Below are positions 36,752 through 45,238 of a stretch of DNA of 45,238 nt, in pieces (the stretch's first letter is position 1; each line of letters opens with the position of its first letter). The stretch is from positions 1 through 45,238 of the forward strand of contig JAFXST010000010.1 of the NCBI GenBank assembly GCA_017525475.1, written 5' to 3'. Both the position numbers and the translations under genes were made by a program. This DNA comes from Kiritimatiellia bacterium. Lineage in GTDB: Bacteria > Verrucomicrobiota > Kiritimatiellia > RFP12 > UBA1067. A model generated the notes under the pieces. That model was not told where the DNA came from, searched no databases, and saw only the letters and a list, made by a program, of their open reading frames with translations.

Positions 36752-38637
36752 CGGTTTTCCTCCAGTATGCGCTCGGCCTCGGCGGCGAACGGCGTCTTGT
36801 CGAACAGCGTGGCCACCACCGTGGCGTAGCCGCTGGCCTCCTCGCGGTTGTGCTTGCCGGCGGCCACCTTGGCGAGATTGAGATAGGCCTCCGCGCGCGC
36901 GAGCACGTCGTCCTTGTTGAGATCCACCGCCTTGACCAAAGTCTTGTGCGCCGAGTCGAAATCGCCGTTGTCGGTCTCGAGGACTCCGAGCCTAAGCATG
37001 GTCTTGGGCAGTTCGTCGGTCTCCACCAGTTCGTCGACCGCCCGGCGATAGGCGTCCATGGCCGAGCGGAAGTTGCTGTCGGCCTCCTCGATCTGCCCCA
37101 ATAGCGCATAGCCCGCCTGCCGCCATTCCGGCGTTTCCGAATCGATCAGCGCCTTGGCGCATTCGCGCGAGCTGATGAGCTTGCCGACCATGAACGCCTT
37201 CTTGGCCGACATCCGCGCGGCCGCGCCGTTGGCCACCAGCTCGCGATAGGCCGCCTTGGCCGTTTCGACGTTGCCGGCGTTGTATTCGAAATCGGCGATG
37301 ATGAGCTTGGCTTCGCGCGTCATGTCGAGCGAGAGCCCCGCCTCCAGCGCTTCCCGAAGGAGCCTTACGCCCTCCTCCTCGTGCTCGAGCTTGACCGAGG
37401 CGATGCCGCGCCAATACCGGGCCTCGGCCACGCGCCGCTGCTCCAGTTTGCCGTCGAGCGCTTCTTTTAGCGCCAGATCGGCGGCGTTCCAGCGCCCTTC
37501 GCGCAGGTCGACCATGGCCTTGAGGTACATGGCTTCGGCGGCTTCGCGGGTGCCGGGATTGGCGGCGGCGATGGCCGCGTATTCCCTGACCGCGTCCTCG
37601 AAGCGGGAGTTCTTTTCGTACGCCCACGCGAGCCGCAGATGATCGGCCGGGAGCGTGCTCAGATTGGCGGCGCGCTGGGCGGCGTCGACCAGTTTCTGGC
37701 GGTCGTCCGATTTTTCGGCCTCGTTGAACTCGAGCCGCGCGAGCGGCAGCTCCGCCTCGTTGCGGTAGCGCCCGGTGGGGTATTTCTGCAGATATTCGCG
37801 GAACTTGCCGAGCGCCAGCTCGTTCTCGGCGAGCGCATAGTGGGCGGCGGCCGCAAGGTAGACGGTGTCGTCGCTCTCCAGCCGCTGGCACAGGGCGAGC
37901 GTATCGGCGTACTTGTTCTGCAGGTAGTCGCACCAGGCGCAGATCCGGATGACGTCGCTCTTGTGCTTGCCGTCGGGGTAGCTCTTGAGGTAGCGGTGGA
38001 GGAGATTGCCGGCGTCGCGGTACTTCTTGTCGCTGTAGCTGGTGGCGGCCGCGAGGTAGAGCGCATCCTCGGAGAATTCGCTCTCGGGGCCGAACGCGAT
38101 GTCGGTCAAAAGCTGCACCGCGTCGCGCTTTTCCTTCTGGTCGCCCGAGGTGGCCAGGATGGAGGCGCGCCGTAGCTTGGCGTAGGGCGCGTACTTGCCC
38201 TTGGGATCGAGCCGGATCGACCGCGCCAGCTTCTCGGCGTCGTTGTTGGCGATGCCGAGATAATAGAGCGCCGCCGCCCGGATGTCGTTGGGCACCGAGT
38301 CGGAATCGAGGAGGAGCAGTTCCTCCTTCTGGCGGCCGGCGTCGACGGCGATGGCAGCCATCAGGCGCGAACGGGCCACGAACTTGGAGTTGGGGTGCTT
38401 CTTGACGAGCAGCGTGTAGATGCGCCGCGCATCGGCCGTGCGCCCCACCGCGCGGTAGCACTCCGCCAAGCGGAACAGGAGATCGTCCCGGACGGAATCG
38501 TCGCCCTTGTAGAGCGCCACGTATTCTTTGAGCGCGTCCTGGTAGGCGCCTTTGTTGAACAGCCGGTCGGCCATCGCCAGCCGGTCGGCGGCGGTGATGG
38601 TGATGGCGGCCAGCAACAGTCCGGCGAAAGCGGTCAC
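36748..38637 (-). CDS. Tetratricopeptide repeat protein (periplasmic, CpoB/BamD-like repeats)
   Basis: Repeated A.Y..A/YL..YP.G patterns throughout; GTG start overlapping the exbD stop. Confidence 0.88.
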   Translation of the reverse strand: MTAFAGLLLAAITITAADRLAMADRLFNKGAYQDALKEYVALYKGDDSVRDDLLFRLAECYRAVGRTADARRIYTLLVKKHPNSKFVARSRLMAAIAVDAGRQKEELLLLDSDSVPNDIRAAALYYLGIANNDAEKLARSIRLDPKGKYAPYAKLRRASILATSGDQKEKRDAVQLLTDIAFGPESEFSEDALYLAAATSYSDKKYRDAGNLLHRYLKSYPDGKHKSDVIRICAWCDYLQNKYADTLALCQRLESDDTVYLAAAAHYALAENELALGKFREYLQKYPTGRYRNEAELPLARLEFNEAEKSDDRQKLVDAAQRAANLSTLPADHLRLAWAYEKNSRFEDAVREYAAIAAANPGTREAAEAMYLKAMVDLREGRWNAADLALKEALDGKLEQRRVAEARYWRGIASVKLEHEEEGVRLLREALEAGLSLDMTREAKLIIADFEYNAGNVETAKAAYRELVANGAAARMSAKKAFMVGKLISSRECAKALIDSETPEWRQAGYALLGQIEEADSNFRSAMDAYRRAVDELVETDELPKTMLRLGVLETDNGDFDSAHKTLVKAVDLNKDDVLARAEAYLNLAKVAAGKHNREEASGYATVVATLFDKTPFAAEAERILEENR

Positions 38638-39047
38638 TGGTCTCCTTCGGTCGCGAGCGAGAAGTTCCACACGTCGGCCTCGCGGCAGGTGTCGATGACT
38701 TCGACCAGCGACTCGTACTTGACCTCCCGGTCGGCGCGGATGATGACCGGCTGCCCGGGATAGAACTTGGCGATCTTGGCGAGACGGCTCTTGAGCTCGG
38801 TAAGCGTCATGTCGCCGCCGTTGACCCGGATGCGGCCCTCGCGGGTGAGGTTGACGATGATTTCGCCCGGCAGCCGTTCGGGTTCCTGCGCGGTCTTGGC
38901 GTTGGGGAGCTTGATCGAGATCTCGCTTTCCCATTGCGAGAACACGCTGACCGTGACGAAGAAGCACAGCAGCAGGAAGATGACGTCGAGCATCGACGTC
39001 ATCGCCAGCGCCGGCGCGTTCGACTTTTTGTCAGTCTTGAATGTCAT
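38634..39047 (-). CDS. exbD: Biopolymer transporter ExbD/TolR
   Basis: MTSMLDVIFLLLCFF (conserved Asp), IKLP.A, VIIRAD..V.Y. Confidence 0.93.
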   Translation of the reverse strand: MTFKTDKKSNAPALAMTSMLDVIFLLLCFFVTVSVFSQWESEISIKLPNAKTAQEPERLPGEIIVNLTREGRIRVNGGDMTLTELKSRLAKIAKFYPGQPVIIRADREVKYESLVEVIDTCREADVWNFSLATEGDQ

Positions 39048-39519
39048 CGCAAGCCTCCTCGAGTTCGGCGATCCGCTTTTGGCAGCGGCGGCGGAGGAAC
39101 GCGTAGAACACCAGCGCGGGGATGGCCACCACCAGGCCGAAAATCGTGGTTACGATCGCCTGCGACACGCCTTGGGCGAGCACCACCGGCTTGGCGCCGG
39201 CCGAGACGTCGCTGGCGATGCCGCCGAACGCGCGGAACATGCCCAGCACCGTGCCCAAGAGCCCTACGAGCGGCGCGATGGCGGCCACGTCGGCCAGCCA
39301 GTCCACGGCGGCGAGCGCCCGGGCCGCGATCCGCCCGCCGGCCGCCGCGCGATCCTTGGCCGCGGCCACTTTGCGGTAGGACGATTTGAGGAACACGAAG
39401 CGGCTTTGCGTAACCCAGATGTACAGCACGACCGCCAGCGCAAACACGCTGATGCCCGCGAGTACCCACATCAGCGGGCCGCCGTAATTCCATGCCTGTT
39501 CGAACGTAATGTCGTTCAT
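39031..39519 (-). CDS. exbB: MotA/TolQ/ExbB proton channel protein (short)
   Basis: GGPLMW, APLVGLLGTVLGM..AF, GVSQAIVTT.FGL.VAIPA; SD AAGGAG. Confidence 0.92.
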   Translation of the reverse strand: MNDITFEQAWNYGGPLMWVLAGISVFALAVVLYIWVTQSRFVFLKSSYRKVAAAKDRAAAGGRIAARALAAVDWLADVAAIAPLVGLLGTVLGMFRAFGGIASDVSAGAKPVVLAQGVSQAIVTTIFGLVVAIPALVFYAFLRRRCQKRIAELEEACDDIQD

Positions 39520-39524
39520 GTCGT

Positions 39525-41333
39525 TTACTCCTTGATGGTTCCTTTTAAGACTGCGATAAATGCGCTTTGCGGCACGTTGACGTGGCCGAATTCCTTCATG
39601 CGGGCCTTGCCGCGCTTCTGCTTCTCGAGCACCTTCATCTTGCGCGTCACGTCGCCGCCGTAGAGCTTGGCCAGAACGTCCTTGCGGAACGGCCGGATGT
39701 CCTCGCGGGCGATGATCTCCTTGCCGATCGCCGCCTGCACCGGGATCTTGAACTGGTGGGGCGGGATCGTCTCCGACAGCGCCTTGCACATCTGGATGCC
39801 GCGCGCGCGCGCCTTGTCGCGATGGACCATGGTGGCGAACGCGTCCACCGTTTCGCCGTTGAGGAGGATATCCATCTTGACGATGTCGGAAACCTGATAG
39901 CCGGCCGGCTCGTAGTCCATGGAGGCATAGCCGTGCGAAACGCTCTTGAGCGTATCGTGGAAGTCGATCAGGATCTCGTTGAGCGGCAGCATGCAGTGGA
40001 GCATCACGCGCTTGGCGTCGATGGTTTCGGTGCCTTCCACCTGCCCGCGCCGGTCCATGACGATGCGCATCACGTCGCCGATCGACTCCGAAGGCGTGAT
40101 GATGCGCGCCTTGAGGATGGGCTCCGAAATCGTCTCCAGCGCCGACGGATCGGGCATCTGCAGCGGGTTGTCGAGATCCTTCTCGGTGCCGTCGCGCATC
40201 TTGAGCTTGTAGACGACGCCCGGCGAAGTGGAGATGATGTCGAGGTTGAACTCGCGCCGCAAGCGCTCCTGCACGATTTCCATGTGCAGCAGGCCCAGGA
40301 ATCCGCACCTGAAGCCGAAGCCGAGCGCCAGCGAGCTCTCGTGGTGGAAGGTAAAGGCGCTGTCGTTGAGGTGGAGCTTCTCGAGCCCCTGCGCCACCTT
40401 CTGGAACTCGTCGGTCGACATGGGGTAGATGCCGCAGAAGACCGTGGGGTGGATGTCGTGGAAACCGGGGAGCGGCTCGGTGGCGCCGAGTTTGGCGGTG
40501 GTGACGGTATCGCCGATCTTGATCTCGCTCGGGTCCTTGACCGTGCCCACGATATAGCCCACCTGCCCGGCCTCGAGTTTCTCGACCGGCTTTTTGTTCG
40601 GCGAGAAAACGCCTACCTCGTGCACGGTGGTGGAGACGCGGCTGCCCATGAAACTCACGCTCTGCCCCGCCTTGAGCGAACCGTCGACCACGCGAACGTA
40701 GGTTATGACCCCGCGGAACTCGTCGAAAACCGAATCGAACACGAGCGCCCGGAGCGGCGCGTCCACGCCCAGGGTCGAAGGCGGCGGGATGCGCTCGACG
40801 ATTGCCTCCAGCACCTCGGGGCAGCCCTCGCCAGTCTTGGCCGAAACAAGCAGCGGCCGGTCCATGGGGATGGCGAGAATGTCTTCGATCTCGCGGCTCA
40901 CCTCGGGAACGTTGGCGCCCGGCAGATCCACCTTGTTCAAGACCGGTACGATTTCGAGCTTGGCGTCCTGCGCGAAATAGGTGTTGGCCACCGTCTGGGC
41001 CTCCACCCCCTGCGCCGCGTCCACCACCAACAGCGCGCCCTCGCAGGCACCCATGGAGCGGCTCACCTCGTAGGCGAAGTCCACGTGGCCGGGCGTGTCC
41101 AGGAGGTTGAACAGGTACTTTTTGCCGTCTTTGGCGACGTATTCCATCGATACCGGATGGCTCTTGATGGTGATCCCGCGCTCGCGCTCGAGATCCATGG
41201 CGTCCAAAGTCTGCTCTTTGAGTTCGCGCTGGCTGATGGCGTGGGTAAGCTCCAGGATACGGTCCGAAAGCGTCGTCTTCCCATGGTCGACATGGGCGAT
41301 GATGCAGAAGTTCCGTATGTTGTCGAGCGTCAT
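39525..41333 (-). CDS. lepA: Elongation factor 4
   Basis: IRNFCIIAHVDHGKTT, RERGITIK, DTPGHVDF, GFRCGFLGLLH, RKDVLAKLYGGD. Confidence 0.98.
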   Translation of the reverse strand: MTLDNIRNFCIIAHVDHGKTTLSDRILELTHAISQRELKEQTLDAMDLERERGITIKSHPVSMEYVAKDGKKYLFNLLDTPGHVDFAYEVSRSMGACEGALLVVDAAQGVEAQTVANTYFAQDAKLEIVPVLNKVDLPGANVPEVSREIEDILAIPMDRPLLVSAKTGEGCPEVLEAIVERIPPPSTLGVDAPLRALVFDSVFDEFRGVITYVRVVDGSLKAGQSVSFMGSRVSTTVHEVGVFSPNKKPVEKLEAGQVGYIVGTVKDPSEIKIGDTVTTAKLGATEPLPGFHDIHPTVFCGIYPMSTDEFQKVAQGLEKLHLNDSAFTFHHESSLALGFGFRCGFLGLLHMEIVQERLRREFNLDIISTSPGVVYKLKMRDGTEKDLDNPLQMPDPSALETISEPILKARIITPSESIGDVMRIVMDRRGQVEGTETIDAKRVMLHCMLPLNEILIDFHDTLKSVSHGYASMDYEPAGYQVSDIVKMDILLNGETVDAFATMVHRDKARARGIQMCKALSETIPPHQFKIPVQAAIGKEIIAREDIRPFRKDVLAKLYGGDVTRKMKVLEKQKRGKARMKEFGHVNVPQSAFIAVLKGTIKE

Positions 41334-42952
41334 TTCGCCTGGGGAACCGGTTTCGCCTGGCGGCGGATAAGATACATCTGGACGATGCTCAAGACTTGCG
41401 AAAGCGTCCAGTAGAGCGACAGCGCCGACGGGAAATTGTAGAACATGACGAGCATCATCGCCGGCATCATCACCACCATCATGCGCTGCTGGTTCCGGTC
41501 GCCCGCCTGCGGGGTGAGCGCGCTCTGGAGCGCCATGGTCGCCGCCATCAGGATGGGCAGGATGTTGAGCCCGCCGAACGGCAGATAGGCGGCGAAGAGG
41601 CCTTCGGGCTCCGACAGGTCGGGGATCCACAAAAAGCCCGCGTACCTGAGCTCCACCGCGGAGCGAAGCACGTTGAACAGGGCGATGAACACGGGGATCT
41701 GGATCAGCATCGGCAGGCACGAACTCAAGGGGTTGACCTGGTGCTCGCGATAGAGCTTCATGGTCTCCTGCTGCAGGCGCTGCGGGTTGTCCTTGTACTT
41801 GGCCTGGATCTCCTTCATGAGCGGCTGGATCTCCTGCATCTTCTTCATGCCGACCGTCGACTTGTGGGTGAGCGGCCAGAACACCAGGCGCACCAGCACC
41901 GTCAACAGGATGATCGCCACGCCGAAACTCGGCACCCAGCCGTAGAACAGGTTGAGCACCCACACGAGCGGATAGCAGATCCAGCGCCACATGCCGAACT
42001 CCATCACGTCGCGCATCCCCAGCGCCGACAGGAGCGCCTGCTTCTTGGGCCCGATGAAGAACACGCTGCGCACCGGCCCTTGGGATTCGCCGAGCGTCGC
42101 CGTGCCCGATACCTGTTTGGGCCGGTACTTGCCGGAACTTAAATCGCGCTCGACGACGGCCGAAAAGCCCACCACCGGCGCCGTGGAATCGCAGAGCGCC
42201 GCCACGAAGAACCGGTTCTTGAGCGCCACCCAGGCGAAATTGCCGGCCACCGGGATTTCCGGCGTAAACCGCGGCATGCCGGTTGCGTCGCCTGCGCCCG
42301 AACAGCCGCCCGCCGCCCCGGCGAGATAGCCCTTGAGCGGTTCGGTCTCGGAATAGTGCACGACATGCGGCTTCTTGCCGCCGAGCTCCCAGGCATCGAC
42401 CGACAGCAAATCGTTCTTGCTCGACCCCATGGCCGCCGCGCCCAGACTGAGCCGGGCATAGCCCTCGACCGCGCTATCTTCGAATACCACCCGGTAGCCG
42501 TCTTCGAGCGTCACCGTGCGCACCCGATCGCCGCGCGCGAACACGGCCCGATCGCCCTCCACCGCGACCGTATCGAACTCCACGCCCATCGAACCCAGGG
42601 GCGAAGCGGCGAAATCGAACCGGTAGGCCGGGTTATGCTCGCCGATTTCGCCGCAATCGCGGGCGTAGCGCTTGAGCGTGGCCTGCTTGACCGCGCCGCC
42701 GTGCGTAGTCAAGACGAGCGACAGTTCGCCGTTTTCCAACACCGCCGTCTGTTCGACGCCGGTAAAGACCGCGCTGGGGGCGGGAACCGGCGCTTCCGGC
42801 GCGCGCGGAGCCGGCTCGACCTGGCGTTCGGCCGCCGCCGGCGCCGCCGCAGGTTCCTCGACCGCGCTTTTGCGACCGGCGAAATCGAAATACAGATACC
42901 CTGCCAGCACGAGGCCCAAGAGTACCGCGATTATCTTCTCGCTACTGTTCAT
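41330..42952 (-). CDS. yidC: Membrane protein insertase YidC
   Basis: [43 protein letters not shown]. Confidence 0.96.
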   Translation of the reverse strand: MNSSEKIIAVLLGLVLAGYLYFDFAGRKSAVEEPAAAPAAAERQVEPAPRAPEAPVPAPSAVFTGVEQTAVLENGELSLVLTTHGGAVKQATLKRYARDCGEIGEHNPAYRFDFAASPLGSMGVEFDTVAVEGDRAVFARGDRVRTVTLEDGYRVVFEDSAVEGYARLSLGAAAMGSSKNDLLSVDAWELGGKKPHVVHYSETEPLKGYLAGAAGGCSGAGDATGMPRFTPEIPVAGNFAWVALKNRFFVAALCDSTAPVVGFSAVVERDLSSGKYRPKQVSGTATLGESQGPVRSVFFIGPKKQALLSALGMRDVMEFGMWRWICYPLVWVLNLFYGWVPSFGVAIILLTVLVRLVFWPLTHKSTVGMKKMQEIQPLMKEIQAKYKDNPQRLQQETMKLYREHQVNPLSSCLPMLIQIPVFIALFNVLRSAVELRYAGFLWIPDLSEPEGLFAAYLPFGGLNILPILMAATMALQSALTPQAGDRNQQRMMVVMMPAMMLVMFYNFPSALSLYWTLSQVLSIVQMYLIRRQAKPVPQAK

Positions 42953-43178
42953 TCGTCCATTTTCCTTTGGGCGGCACCGGATCGAACCCGTGTTTCCCGA
43001 ACGGATGGCACCGCAAAATCCTGAAAAGCCCCAGCAAAACGCCCTTGAGCGCACCATGCACCTCAAGCGCCTCGATCATGTAGTTGGAGCAACTGGGCTC
43101 GAACCGGCAGGCCCCGCCCATCATCGGCGACAACGCCACCTGGTAGGCCCTGACCATCATCACGAGAACCTGCCGCAT
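42942..43178 (-). CDS. yidD: Membrane protein insertion efficiency factor
   Basis: [29 protein letters not shown]. Confidence 0.95.
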   Translation of the reverse strand: MRQVLVMMVRAYQVALSPMMGGACRFEPSCSNYMIEALEVHGALKGVLLGLFRILRCHPFGKHGFDPVPPKGKWTNEQ

Positions 43179-43486
43179 ACCTTGGCCATGTCCGCTTTGA
43201 CCTCGCCGCACTTGGCACTTCCCATGCTTGCGCGCGCGATAAAAATCCAGCGTCCCGACGGCAACGCCGACTCTTCCTTGACCAGCAATCTGAACGCTTC
43301 GCGCATCAGGCGCTTGGCGCGCGACCGGCCGACCGCATCGTGGAACGTGCGCTTGGAAACCACCACGCCCGCCTGCGGTTCGAACTCGGACCCTTTTTGG
43401 CGCCATGCCACCAGGAGGCGTCCCTTGGCGGAACGCCCGCGGTCGAAAACCTCTTTGTAGTTTCGTCCCGGAAGCCTGGTGGACAT
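43160..43486 (-). CDS. rnpA: Ribonuclease P protein component
   Basis: [22 protein letters not shown]; conserved position after rpmH. Confidence 0.92.
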   Translation of the reverse strand: MSTRLPGRNYKEVFDRGRSAKGRLLVAWRQKGSEFEPQAGVVVSKRTFHDAVGRSRAKRLMREAFRLLVKEESALPSGRWIFIARASMGSAKCGEVKADMAKVCGRFS

Positions 43487-43496
43487 CGCCGGACCT

Positions 43497-43634
43497 TTAG
43501 ACCTGCGTCAGGCGTTTGCGACCCTTGGCGCGGCGGGAAGCCAACACCTTGCGGCCGCCCTTGGTGGCCATGCGCGCGCGGTAGCCGATTTTCCTTTTCC
43601 GCTTGATCTTCGACGGTTGCCATGTCATCTTCAT
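43497..43634 (-). CDS. rpmH: 50S ribosomal protein L34, 45 aa (not in ORF track)
   Basis: [45 protein letters not shown]; SD AAAGGA. Confidence 0.97.
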   Translation of the reverse strand: MKMTWQPSKIKRKRKIGYRARMATKGGRKVLASRRAKGRKRLTQV

Positions 43635-43675
43635 GTGTGTATTCCTTTCAGTCTGAAATGGTTGGATTTTCGAAT

Positions 43676-43705
43676 ATTATATCAAAAATCGTCCTCGCTT
43701 TTCAA
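43676..43705 (-). promoter_or_regulatory. sigma70 promoter of rpmH operon
   Basis: TTGAAA-18-TATAAT with TGn, overlapping the end of the HAD gene. Confidence 0.7.
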
Positions 43706-44335
43706 GTACCTAAGCAATTCTTCCATACGATTTATCTTGGCCGTATAGCGCGAATCGCCGAGTTTTCCGAAGCCAAATGCGCAAAAAGCCCCCTTTATTC
43801 CCGCATTTGCGGCACATTGCATGTCGGTCCAGGAGTCGCCCACCATCCAGTCGCCGGCGCCGAGGCGATGGCCGCGCATTTTGGCCGCGCACTCCCTTAG
43901 AGGTAGCGGCGAGGGTTTCATCTCCTTGCAGTCCCCGCCGGCCACGACCGCCCCGCCGAAGAACCTGGCGAGCCCGAAATGCTCGAGAATGGCATGGGTG
44001 GCGAACGCCGGTTTGGCGGTGTTGACCCCCAACAGCCACCCGCGCGCCTTGAGTTCCTCCAGCGTCTTGCGCACCGTGGGATAGAGCTCCACGGTCTCCA
44101 GCATGTGCTCGGCGTAGTGGGCGGAGAACACCTCCCACAACAGGTCCGGGTCGTCGGCCTTTTCTGGGATGCAGTGCTTGAGGAGATGTTTGGCCCCCTG
44201 GCCCACATTCGCCAGGATCCTGTCCATCTCCCACTCCGGCAAGCCCAATTCCCGGCGCGTATGGTTGACGGTGGCGCAAAGATCCCGCCGCGAATCGATG
44301 AGGGTGCCGTCCATGTCGAAAAACGCCGCGTTCAT
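43682..44335 (-). CDS. HAD family hydrolase (phosphoglycolate phosphatase-like)
   Basis: FFDMDGTLIDS, NTAK, KPSP, MVGDSWTD. Confidence 0.92.
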   Translation of the reverse strand: MNAAFFDMDGTLIDSRRDLCATVNHTRRELGLPEWEMDRILANVGQGAKHLLKHCIPEKADDPDLLWEVFSAHYAEHMLETVELYPTVRKTLEELKARGWLLGVNTAKPAFATHAILEHFGLARFFGGAVVAGGDCKEMKPSPLPLRECAAKMRGHRLGAGDWMVGDSWTDMQCAANAGIKGAFCAFGFGKLGDSRYTAKINRMEELLRYLKSEDDF

Positions 44336-45238
44336 CTCGTTTTCTCCAGTATCTTGGCGGCCGTCGCCTTGAGGTCCAAACCGTCGAATTGCCGGCGATC
44401 GGCAGTCATGCCGAAAACCCGCTCCCAGCGTTCCAGGTAATACGGCACCAACAGCCCATGGTAGGCGCGGTGCGCGTAATCGCCGAGCCCCGACTCCAAC
44501 GCCTCGTCTTCGCTCGCCGCCCAGGTGGTGATCATCCTGAGGTAGCCGGCGCTCCGCGCCTTCTTGTCGAGCCGCCAATTGTCCGAAAACGCGGCCAAAG
44601 CGTCGGCCAGCACAATCAGGTCCAAAAATTCGCGCCGCCGCTCCAGGTCAAACCGCGTTTCCGGCAGCACCGCCCGCGCCTTGTCGGCCAGCAACTGCAT
44701 GAGCACCTCGACGAGATCGTTGCGGTAGTTGTCGCCGTCCAGATCCGCCGCGAGATAGAGCCGCGCCGCCTCGCGCACCTGCGCGCGGTCGTACCATACC
44801 CCCGTCCGCGGCCCCCAGGCCGAAACATTGCGCACCTCGAAGGCGGGATAGGCGCACATCACGTTTTCGATACAGCCCTCCTGACGCAAACGGCAATCCC
44901 ACACCGACGCCTCCAACCGCCTAATCGCCAGCTCCAGCCGTTCGTCCTCCACGCCATACCGCAGTTTGACGTACTCCTTGACGCTCCACTCGCGCCCGTT
45001 AGCGTTGCGCAAAAAGAGATAGTAGCAGTAGTCGTTGGTATCGAGCCCCTCAGAGAGCATGCCGTAGCCTCTGAAATATTCCCCGCCGCGGCCCTCGGCG
45101 ATTTGCGACAGCGTCTTGAAGCGCTCCGCGCCGCCGTAAAGCCCGGTGTTGCCGCCGAAATTCATGACTTCGCACCAAATCCACGGCAAGTCGCCGAATT
45201 TGTAGTCGTATGCCCCGGTGTTCGACATGTCCTTGTCG
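44332..45238 (-). CDS. Alpha-N-acetylglucosaminidase (GH89), C-terminal part; start outside window
   Basis: PWIWC..NFGGN..LYG, G.G..SEG, ITTW, DYA...GL...YY..RW. Confidence 0.85.
   Translation of the reverse strand, partial: DKDMSNTGAYDYKFGDLPWIWCEVMNFGGNTGLYGGAERFKTLSQIAEGRGGEYFRGYGMLSEGLDTNDYCYYLFLRNANGREWSVKEYVKLRYGVEDERLELAIRRLEASVWDCRLRQEGCIENVMCAYPAFEVRNVSAWGPRTGVWYDRAQVREAARLYLAADLDGDNYRNDLVEVLMQLLADKARAVLPETRFDLERRREFLDLIVLADALAAFSDNWRLDKKARSAGYLRMITTWAASEDEALESGLGDYAHRAYHGLLVPYYLERWERVFGMTADRRQFDGLDLKATAAKILEKTR

Noticed and set aside
8171-45238. Long + strand ORFs (e.g. 20584-22368, 35102-36829, 39567-41414) and alternate-frame minus ORFs
   Set aside because: These are antisense or frame shadows of well-supported high-GC3 genes and carry no motifs
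1-45238. tRNA/rRNA genes, transposases, integrases, prophage
   Set aside because: None recognised; intergenic space is minimal outside 2592-3310

Overview
GC-rich bacterial chromosome segment, probably PVC superphylum (Kiritimatiellia/Verrucomicrobia-like). This taxonomy is inferred from the IPEPTSGLL...LALKRRRA PEP-CTERM tail and the gene content. Every credible gene is on the minus strand. The left 8.4 kb is accessory. It holds a truncated InlB-B/Flg_new repeat surface protein (<1-2591, missing from the ORF track), a ~720-bp intergenic region packed with phased repeats and hairpins, and a 1621-aa secreted beta-rich/LamG-like protein. The remaining 37 kb is three long, tightly overlapping operon-like blocks, each preceded by a near-consensus sigma70 promoter. 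Block 1 is rpmH-rnpA-yidD-yidC-lepA-exbB-exbD-TPR-VWA-hyp-murU/amgK fusion-hyp-kdsB-lipoprotein-rpoN-cysS-Na/Ca antiporter-cmk-oppC. Block 2 is argB-argD-lysS-M20-gltX-S2P-PEP-CTERM-Asp protease-Cys-rich protein. Block 3 is ferredoxin-metal transporter-yihY-rfbD-oppD-ktrA-murA-ybeY-hyp. A HAD phosphatase and a partial GH89 lie at the right end. The best candidate for an undescribed system is an ExbB/ExbD motor whose partner has a TonB/TolA-type SxxxH anchor and an acidic Pro-rich linker but ends in a MIDAS-complete VWA domain. All calls come from reading motifs by eye. No database searches were run. Many ORF-track starts were shortened to the overlapping or SD-supported start.
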